IMG/VR virus record: IMGVR_UViG_3300011335_000731
Location: 1 to 64,000 of that record
Length of the DNA: 64,000 bases
Strand: one strand, 5' to 3'
DNA from: a virus
Lineage: Duplodnaviria > Caudoviricetes
Part shown: positions 57,224 to 64,000 of the stretch, piece by piece
Layout of the letters: the number at the start of each line of letters is the position of its first letter
How positions within the stretch are numbered: the first letter of the stretch is position 1
The notes under the pieces: generated by a model
Seen by the model: the letters and a program-made list of their open reading frames with translations, nothing else
Databases searched by the model: none
What the model was told of the DNA's origin: nothing
Position numbers and translations under genes: made by a program

Positions 57224-58485
57224 TGGACAAATATTTTCCAATCAAGACGGCAACCTCTTGCCAATTGAAATGGAATTGGAGCACAATATATCTGTATTCC
57301 GGTGACACAGCCAGTTGTCATCGCAGCGGACATAGCAAGATAACTCCGGATACATTTGATACTTTTCATAACACTGAAAAAAAACAACAAGAACGCCGTC
57401 TAATGCTAGATGGCCAATGGCCCGAGGATGCAAGTTGCCAATATTGCCGAGAAATAGAACAGTCTGGAGGGTCCAGCGATCGTATTCGTCAACTTGCGAT
57501 TCCAAATCAATCTCCTTGGGAGCTGGAATCTGATCCCACTGCTGTTGTAGTGCAACCTACTGTGCTTGAGGTTTATTTTAATAATCAATGCAATTTATCC
57601 TGCGTGTATTGTAGCCCGGATCTGAGTTCTAAGATCAATGCCGAATATGTCAAGCATGGACGATTTGAAAAAAACGGCCTGATACTTCAATCTCGTACCA
57701 TCGATGCAATGCGTCCATCTATGTTGGAAAAGTTTTGGAATTGGATGAAACAACATTCCACTGGCTTGGTGCGGCTTAATATTGCCGGCGGAGAGGGATT
57801 TTATCAACCCGAGCTGGAGACTTGTTTAGAATATTTCGAATCGTCGAGCCACCCTGATTTGGAATTTTGCATAATAACTAACCTAACACTGCCACCGGAA
57901 AAATTAGAAAAATACATACAACGATTTAAAAAGTTATTATCCTCACGCCAACTCAAACGCATAGATTTGACCTGTAGTATCGACTGCTTGGGCGCTGAAC
58001 AGGAATACACAAGACATGGGATGAAAGTGGATGCATGGATAACTAACTTCGAAAGACTACTGGAAGAACGCTGGTTAAAATTGAATATAAATCAAACCAT
58101 CAGCATTCTTACAATCAAAACTATGCCAGGGTTGATCGAGAAAATAAAAACATGGAAGTCTCAACATGAGATAGGACATTTTTTCAGTTTAGTGCTTCCT
58201 GGGCCGGTACAGAAGGCAACCTATCTACATCCTAATATCGTAGGGAGTAAAGTGTTCGAAGAAGATTTCAATCTGATCTTAGAGATCATGCCACGAGATA
58301 CCACTGAAGATTTATTATCTCTCCAGTATATGGAAGGTATTGCAACACACTACTCTCAGTCTACTCCTATGTACTCAGAGATGCTTAAATTAAAAACTTT
58401 TTTAGATGAAAATGATCGTCGCCGAGGAACCAGTTGGACAGAGACTTTTCCTTGGCTAGTGAAAGAACTAGAACATGTGGTATAG
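57223..58485 (+). CDS. Radical SAM protein with N-terminal twitch domain (3)
   Basis: Likely start MDKYF at 57223; SCQLKW...SCHR...SCQYC; CNLSCVYC at 57589-57612; IAGGE; ITNL. Confidence 0.92.
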   Translation: MDKYFPIKTATSCQLKWNWSTIYLYSGDTASCHRSGHSKITPDTFDTFHNTEKKQQERRLMLDGQWPEDASCQYCREIEQSGGSSDRIRQLAIPNQSPWELESDPTAVVVQPTVLEVYFNNQCNLSCVYCSPDLSSKINAEYVKHGRFEKNGLILQSRTIDAMRPSMLEKFWNWMKQHSTGLVRLNIAGGEGFYQPELETCLEYFESSSHPDLEFCIITNLTLPPEKLEKYIQRFKKLLSSRQLKRIDLTCSIDCLGAEQEYTRHGMKVDAWITNFERLLEERWLKLNINQTISILTIKTMPGLIEKIKTWKSQHEIGHFFSLVLPGPVQKATYLHPNIVGSKVFEEDFNLILEIMPRDTTEDLLSLQYMEGIATHYSQSTPMYSEMLKLKTFLDENDRRRGTSWTETFPWLVKELEHVV

Positions 58486-58927
58486 CAAGGTAGTTGCCAA
58501 CTTAGCGGCCATTCCAGACTTCATAGACCATTACGAAGCAGAGCTTGAACTGGCCAAACGAGATTGTAAAATCTCAGGTGTGCTGGAAAAGAACATCAGT
58601 GCCCTGCCCGGCATCACAGAACAACGCTTTAATCAACTACAGGAGATTGAAGCTGTGTTAAATTATCTCAACATCCAACTACGCAAGATACGCAGGAAAC
58701 ACTTCCAAAAGTATCTTGAAGGCTATGCCCGAGCACTAACTAGTCGTGATGCAGAAAAGTATGCAGAGGGTGAGGATGAAGTTGTGGACTTTGAAACCAT
58801 CATCAACGAAGTGGCATTGCTACGCAATCGTTGGTTAGGTATCATGAAAGGGCTGGATACCAAACAATGGCAAATGGGTCATGTGGTTCGCTTACGCACA
58901 GCAGGTATGGAAGATATTACACTATGA
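58475..58927 (+). CDS. uvsY: Recombination mediator UvsY
   Basis: IPDFIDHYEAEL, FNQLQEIEAVLNYL, AEKYAEGEDE, QMGHVVRLR; helical 150 aa near uvsX. Confidence 0.85.
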   Translation: MWYSKVVANLAAIPDFIDHYEAELELAKRDCKISGVLEKNISALPGITEQRFNQLQEIEAVLNYLNIQLRKIRRKHFQKYLEGYARALTSRDAEKYAEGEDEVVDFETIINEVALLRNRWLGIMKGLDTKQWQMGHVVRLRTAGMEDITL

Positions 58928-58940
58928 CCGATTTGCGTGA

Positions 58941-58946
58941 TACATA
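58941..58946 (+). promoter_or_regulatory. Late-promoter variant TACATA for gmd
   Basis: TACATA-CTGTT-ATG (58952); same variant as at 10948. Confidence 0.45.
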
Positions 58947-58951
58947 CTGTT

Positions 58952-59938
58952 ATGAAACGCACCGCATTTGTAACAGGCATGACCGGCCAAGACGGTCCTT
59001 ATCTAGCTAAACTGCTGATCGAAAAAGGCTATCATGTTTATGGCCTTGTAAAACGATACTCAAATCCTAACTTAGACAATATCAAGTGGTTGGGCATTGA
59101 GAACGACATTGAGTTGATCACCGGTGATATCACCGATGAAAACAACATGAATCATCTCATGCAAACACTCAAACCCAACGAGGTATACAATCTCGCAGCA
59201 CAGAGCTTTGTGGGCGCAAGTTGGGATCTTAACAAACTCACCACAGAAGTTAATTCTATAGGTGTGCTGAATCTACTTAATGCTATACGCACCCACAGCC
59301 CTAACACACGCTTCTATCAAGCCAGTACCAGCGAAATGTTTGGCAATGCCACAGAAGCAGGATCACAGGGCGAAACCACACCGTTCCGCCCACGCAGCCC
59401 ATATGGCGTGAGCAAGTTGTACAGCCATTGGATGACCATTAACTTCCGTGAAAGCTATAGCTTGTACGCCTGTTCAGGAATCTTGTTCAATCACGAAAGC
59501 CCGTTGCGTGGCCGTGAATTTGTCACACGCAAAGTCACTGACGGTGTTGCTCGTATCAAGCTAGGACTTGCAGATTCTATCACCTTGGGCAATCTCGACG
59601 CTCGTCGAGATTGGGGATTTGCTGGAGACTTTGTAGAAGCCATGTGGATGATGTTACAGCAACCCACTGCCCGTGACTATGTGATCGCTACCGGTGAGCA
59701 ACATAGCATTGGTGAACTATGTGATGTGGCATTCCGACATGCAGGCATTGAGGATTGGGCAAACTTGGTTAAATCTGATCCGCGATTCAAACGCCCTGCT
59801 GAACTGTACAGTTTGCTAGGTGATAGTTCCTCAGCTAGAAACATACTAGGATGGCAACCAAGAACCAATTTTGCTACCATGATCCAACACATGGTAGACG
59901 CTGATCTAAAGAGACTTCAACAATCTACTCAACGGTAA
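58952..59938 (+). CDS. gmd: GDP-mannose 4,6-dehydratase
   Basis: TGMTGQDG, YNLAAQS, YQASTSEMFG, PRSPYGVSK, LFNHESP, GNLDARRDWG motifs. Confidence 0.96.
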   Translation: MKRTAFVTGMTGQDGPYLAKLLIEKGYHVYGLVKRYSNPNLDNIKWLGIENDIELITGDITDENNMNHLMQTLKPNEVYNLAAQSFVGASWDLNKLTTEVNSIGVLNLLNAIRTHSPNTRFYQASTSEMFGNATEAGSQGETTPFRPRSPYGVSKLYSHWMTINFRESYSLYACSGILFNHESPLRGREFVTRKVTDGVARIKLGLADSITLGNLDARRDWGFAGDFVEAMWMMLQQPTARDYVIATGEQHSIGELCDVAFRHAGIEDWANLVKSDPRFKRPAELYSLLGDSSSARNILGWQPRTNFATMIQHMVDADLKRLQQSTQR

Positions 59939-60739
59939 TCCTGAGGTGATCTCACCTAGTGTCCACTCTGTGTGGCACAGTTGTTCTAACCACGCTGCTC
60001 TTTCGGGCATGCGTGGTTTTTCTATCTGAGCGAAGTCTGTGTTGGCCACTGGTAAGGCCATGCTATCCGCACCCACAAATGCTGGAACACCATCAATGAT
60101 AGCTTGACTGCCCGGTCCGGAGTTTTCATTGACCACTGCCCAAGCACGCCCTAGACTGCTGCGGAAATCAAACTCATCATAGGTTCCACGCAAGGCCTGT
60201 GGTTGCTGTATCCGCACACCGGGTATGGGCTTCAATCGTTGTCTAGGATGTGGACGAACTATGATCTCACGATCAGTGTGTGCCCGTAGACGATCCACAG
60301 TTTGTTGTAACCATTGTTCAGCAGGTGGTAATCCTGCCCATTGTTCACTGTCTGTTCGTTGCATGGCTATCAAGATATGATCTCCTTGATGCCAAGGCTG
60401 TAGTCGCACAGCAAGTTTGCCGGCACGCCCGGGCTCAAATTCCTCAATCCAACCGGCACGACCATTCACACCATTGATACCTATCTTCCAGGTCACACCG
60501 CGCATGAGTTGCCCAACTTCTAACACTATCACAGGCTTTCCTGCTGCTGTGAACTCTTGCCATACAGCACGATTAGGAGCCATGCGCCCGGTCCATAACT
60601 GACTCCAGATCACAGCCACATCTGCAGAAGAGTTATGCTCTGTGACTCTTATACCGTTCTTTTTGCAGCCAGCAGCAAATGCTTCAAACACTGGGCCGGA
60701 GTTGAGTGCGCCAAATCTATTAAAAATACTGATCATCAT
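59906..60739 (-). CDS. KpsS/KpsC-like (Capsule_synth) glycosyltransferase paralog A
   Basis: Likely start MMISIF at 60739; IVRPHP, VVNENSGPGSQAIIDGVPAFV, WLEQLCHTEW. Confidence 0.65.
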   Translation of the reverse strand: MMISIFNRFGALNSGPVFEAFAAGCKKNGIRVTEHNSSADVAVIWSQLWTGRMAPNRAVWQEFTAAGKPVIVLEVGQLMRGVTWKIGINGVNGRAGWIEEFEPGRAGKLAVRLQPWHQGDHILIAMQRTDSEQWAGLPPAEQWLQQTVDRLRAHTDREIIVRPHPRQRLKPIPGVRIQQPQALRGTYDEFDFRSSLGRAWAVVNENSGPGSQAIIDGVPAFVGADSMALPVANTDFAQIEKPRMPERAAWLEQLCHTEWTLGEITSGLPLSRLLKSL

Positions 60740-60748
60740 ATATTGTAT

Positions 60749-60754
60749 TAAATA
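60749..60754 (+). promoter_or_regulatory. Late-promoter motif TAAATA (overlapping a divergent TTAATA)
   Basis: TAAATA 21 nt before ATG 60776; the minus strand reads TTAATA 6 nt before ATG 60739. Confidence 0.5.
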
Positions 60755-60775
60755 GTTATTCAAACTTGGAAGCCT

Positions 60776-61597
60776 ATGACAAAATACGCAGTAGTAACCA
60801 CATTCAATCAAGCAGGCTACGACAAGTACGCCAGCCGGATGATTGATACCTTCTTAAAAACCTGGCCCAAAGGTGTTGATCTTTATGTGTACACAGAAGA
60901 TTGCACAATCACACAAACAGCCACGAATCTACATGTGAGAAACTTGCACGAAGTAAGCCCGGAAATAGTTGCGTTCAAACAGCGATGGGGATCTGATCCT
61001 CGAGCTCGCGGCGAAGTAGCCACAGGACCTGCGGATGCCAAGGGCAAAGCACCGGGCATAGGATTCCGTTGGGATGCTATTAGGTTCTGCCACAAGGCCT
61101 ACAGTGTGTTCCATGCTGCTGCTAACTGCAAGACTGATGTGTTATTTTGGATGGATGCCGATATGGTATGTCATACCGGACCTACTGAAGCATTCTTAGT
61201 GCTACAGATGCCTGCAGATGTAGGGCTTGCTTATCTAGGCAGAGAAAAGAAGTTCAGTGAATGTGGGTTGTATGGCATGAACTTGAATAACTCCGTGACC
61301 AAGTTGTGGTTGAAAGAGTTCCAACTAGCATATGATTCTGGGCGCCTTATGACCATGGCTGAATGGAATGATTGCTGGGTGTTTGACGAGACTAGAAAAG
61401 AAGTACAAGCCCAACATCCCGAATGGCGAGTACTGAACTGGAGTGCAGGATTGATCAAAGGTGAAGGGCATCCACTGATCAATACAGCCTGGGGTGGATA
61501 CTTAGATCATCTCAAAGGTAATAGAAAAGCTACCGGTCGAAGTCTTGGATCTGATCTCATCCGACCCAGAAACGAGCGTTATTGGAAGATCGGTTAG
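60776..61597 (+). CDS. GT-A-fold nucleotide-sugar transferase (DxD) paralog 1
   Basis: VVTTFN, FCHKAYSV, FWMDADMV (DxD), SECG, WNDCWVFD, DHLKG. Confidence 0.75.
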   Translation: MTKYAVVTTFNQAGYDKYASRMIDTFLKTWPKGVDLYVYTEDCTITQTATNLHVRNLHEVSPEIVAFKQRWGSDPRARGEVATGPADAKGKAPGIGFRWDAIRFCHKAYSVFHAAANCKTDVLFWMDADMVCHTGPTEAFLVLQMPADVGLAYLGREKKFSECGLYGMNLNNSVTKLWLKEFQLAYDSGRLMTMAEWNDCWVFDETRKEVQAQHPEWRVLNWSAGLIKGEGHPLINTAWGGYLDHLKGNRKATGRSLGSDLIRPRNERYWKIG

Positions 61598-62343
61598 TCG
61601 TTGTCTGTGGCACAGATGCCGTCAACATCGCCTTGAACATATTCAGCTTTTGAATGCTTGGCTTTGTAGTGAATAAGATGATCACCTAGTATGGTATGCC
61701 GCAGCGGAGTCTTGTAACTCTTACCAAACCCTGCACATAGATCAAATACAGCAGCATCGGGAACAACCGCTAACGCAGCACCAAACACATCATTGTCATA
61801 GTATCTACGCAGATCAGCGTAATCGCGTTCATGGTAACGACGACGATATTCAGATCTGAATGCAGCAAAATCTTCATGCTGAGTATTCACAGCAAAAATT
61901 CCAGTCTCGGGCACTAACCAATCACCTGGGTTGCCGCTTTTGTCTGTGACATACCTCACACCCATGTATGTGGTTAGATTACCGGGTCTTAATGCTCTGC
62001 GTAACAATTCAATAGGTATGGATTGCACAGTGATCACATCGGCATCTAACCACACTACCCATTCAGCAGGACTGTGATGTATGGCATGCATGAAACTGTA
62101 TGCTTTCTTGGCAAACTTTTTCATGCTCTGATTGAGATTGGTGTCCTGTTGATATCGTTCGTAGTCCGGATCTAACTGTGAGAAATCTATCTGGTGTATA
62201 CGGCTGTGCTCGGGCAATCGGAATTCTTCCACATAACAAGTGAGTCGAATATCTTCAGGCCAATGTTCTAGGAAACTGCTCACGCAATCTCGACCGATAA
62301 GGTCGTAGTACAGTTGATTGAAACTGGTGATTACTTGGATCAT
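61594..62343 (-). CDS. GT-A-fold nucleotide-sugar transferase (DxD) paralog 2
   Basis: Likely start MIQVITSF at 62343; FAKKAYSF, VWLDADVI, PETG, YYDNDVFG, IHYKA; aligns motif-by-motif with paralog 1. Confidence 0.75.
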   Translation of the reverse strand: MIQVITSFNQLYYDLIGRDCVSSFLEHWPEDIRLTCYVEEFRLPEHSRIHQIDFSQLDPDYERYQQDTNLNQSMKKFAKKAYSFMHAIHHSPAEWVVWLDADVITVQSIPIELLRRALRPGNLTTYMGVRYVTDKSGNPGDWLVPETGIFAVNTQHEDFAAFRSEYRRRYHERDYADLRRYYDNDVFGAALAVVPDAAVFDLCAGFGKSYKTPLRHTILGDHLIHYKAKHSKAEYVQGDVDGICATDND

Positions 62344-63305
62344 TTTGTTGCCCATTTCTTCATGTGTGCCCAGCATGCTCCTGAGCGTAGTTCTTCGTGG
62401 CTCCAGTGGAATTGGCTGATCCGTTGTATCCATGCTTCACGGTCAGGCATGAGTGGATTTTCTATGCGATGTATGCCCTGAGTGGCTATGTCTTTTGCTT
62501 GACTGCGCTCAGGATCTGTTAGGATCACAGGGATTCCTTCTATGGCTGCTGCCACTGCTGGGCTGGAGTTGTGATTCACTACCACCCAACAGTCCACAAA
62601 ATCATCTATGAGACTGGTTCCTTCTCCACTGACCGCAACATTGTTGATCTTGCGACCTTGGCACAGTTTCAACAGCCTCTCACAGTATTTCCTGGCCTTC
62701 TTGTCACCAGGATGTGGCCGTATGCGTATGGGTCGATCTGAATACTTGCGTATTTCAATTATGTTCTTCAATGCCCAATCTACCACATCCCATCCAGCCA
62801 TGCTCCATCCGCCATCACGCTGTAGGCATAGCAAGATATGATCGCCAGATTGTCGCCAGGGATGTAGTTGTACCTTGCAAAAAGCCTGCACTTGATTCCA
62901 TCGTTCAGGATCGGGAGACTGATCGCAGTATTCACCGGTGTTGGCAAAGATACCATCATAACTGTAACGCAGCCAATAGCCAGGATTGGTCTTGTTCTTG
63001 TATAGAAACAAGTTGCTGTCTGCGATTACTGTGCGCCCACCATGCGCTCGTTGCCCATCTAGGATCTCTTGTCTAAACTGTAGATGTGCAGCAGTCTTAC
63101 CATGCTCATGCACCCACCCTAAGATCACAGCAACTTCGCTGGGCTGATAGGTCATGTTGGTTTCGATTATGCCTTGATCACCTTGGGCATTGACACCTCT
63201 TACGAAATATCGCAATGTGTCAAGTTTGTCGTTGGCGTTCTTGAGACTTTCTTCTGTGTATTTCTCTTTTCGAGGCAGTGTGGCGGTGTAACTTATAACT
63301 CTCAT
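62340..63305 (-). CDS. KpsS/KpsC-like (Capsule_synth) glycosyltransferase paralog B
   Basis: ILLCLQR, IRIRPHP, VVNHNSSPAVAAAIEGIPV, WIQRISQFHW. Confidence 0.65.
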   Translation of the reverse strand: MRVISYTATLPRKEKYTEESLKNANDKLDTLRYFVRGVNAQGDQGIIETNMTYQPSEVAVILGWVHEHGKTAAHLQFRQEILDGQRAHGGRTVIADSNLFLYKNKTNPGYWLRYSYDGIFANTGEYCDQSPDPERWNQVQAFCKVQLHPWRQSGDHILLCLQRDGGWSMAGWDVVDWALKNIIEIRKYSDRPIRIRPHPGDKKARKYCERLLKLCQGRKINNVAVSGEGTSLIDDFVDCWVVVNHNSSPAVAAAIEGIPVILTDPERSQAKDIATQGIHRIENPLMPDREAWIQRISQFHWSHEELRSGACWAHMKKWATK

Positions 63306-64000
63306 TGTTCTTGCATCATCTTGAATGCTATTCCGTTTTGTAATTCACGAACATGATATTGTCCGTAAGCCATGCTGTGACACCATGCCATCAACAGGTC
63401 CTGATCTGGATAGAATACCTTTTCTATCATAGCAAGATCTCGATTGGCCACAGGTTCTGCTACATGACTGGGTGCTAACACAAACGCCGGCACACCTGCC
63501 AATATGCTTTCCACTGCTGCTATGCTGTTGAAAGTAACCAATGCATGCACATCTTGTTCTAACACTTGGCTCAAGGGTTCTTTCAATACTCGATCTTCTC
63601 GTTTGGGCGCACGCTCTCGAACTACCACAGGACGATCTGTGTGCTTTTTGATTTCGGCTACAGTTTCTTGTATCCATTCTTGCTGATCTATACCATAATA
63701 TCTGCAGGGCTTTTCATCTGGTGCTGCTACAATGATTTTGTGCCCTGATCGTCTTGGATGTATTTTCATACCCAATCGATCCCACCGGTCACTGGGTCTT
63801 GGTGTTATGGTTTTATGCTGTAGATCGTTACGCACTATCCTGTGATAGTGTTTGATACCTTGACTATTGCGTGTGCCCACATTGTTGCCCACATAACCTG
63901 AATCCATAAAATAGAAGGTGTTGCCATCTGCTAGGCACTGTTTCATGATCTTGTGCTTAAGGATGCCGCGCAGCACCAACTGATTGCGATCTACTTTTAT
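63302..64000 (-). CDS. KpsS/KpsC-like (Capsule_synth) glycosyltransferase paralog C (5'-truncated by window)
   Basis: FMDSGY, VVRER, LVTFNSIAAVESILAGVPAFV, WCHSMAYGQY; frame open to the window edge. Confidence 0.65.
   Translation of the reverse strand: MKVDRNQLVLRGILKHKIMKQCLADGNTFYFMDSGYVGNNVGTRNSQGIKHYHRIVRNDLQHKTITPRPSDRWDRLGMKIHPRRSGHKIIVAAPDEKPCRYYGIDQQEWIQETVAEIKKHTDRPVVVRERAPKREDRVLKEPLSQVLEQDVHALVTFNSIAAVESILAGVPAFVLAPSHVAEPVANRDLAMIEKVFYPDQDLLMAWCHSMAYGQYHVRELQNGIAFKMMQEQ

Noticed and set aside
1-64000. Stop-codon reassignment
   Set aside because: Core genes are full length under code 11, and TAA, TAG and TGA all terminate genes at expected positions.

Overview
A 64 kb segment of a large T4-like (myovirus) phage genome, with no tRNA, rRNA, CRISPR or IS element visible. 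The T4-type core comprises head genes (gp21 protease, gp22 scaffold, gp23 capsid), neck and tail genes (gp13, gp14, gp15, gp18, gp19, a gp54-like gene), packaging genes (gp4, gp16, gp17) and recombination genes (gp32, uvsX, uvsY). Interleaved with this core are three kinds of accessory material. (i) Very large fibre proteins: a 2421-aa G-X-Q collagen fibre with an S74 chaperone, a fibre ending in a Hint domain, and a 1292-aa fibre. (ii) A dispersed glycan-building and tailoring toolkit: GDP-mannose 4,6-dehydratase, three KpsS/KpsC-like (Capsule_synth) paralogs, two DxD GT-A paralogs, a TPR-GT9-like transferase, an MptE/Maf-like transferase, a glycosidase-propeller/FkbM/radical-SAM triple fusion and a TPR/2OG-Fe(II) fusion. 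(iii) A translationally coupled cassette of a sulfotransferase, an SDR and three N-terminal-twitch radical SAM genes, embedded in the gp32-uvsX-uvsY operon. A recurrent TAAATA late-promoter motif precedes most structural genes and several glycan genes, often only 4-7 nt from the ATG, and several promoters sit inside hairpin loops. The best candidate for an undescribed system is a phage-encoded, late-expressed pathway that builds and chemically tailors (methylation, sulfation, radical SAM, 2OG) a glycan on Thr-rich virion fibres. All family assignments are by motif recognition only; no database searches were run.
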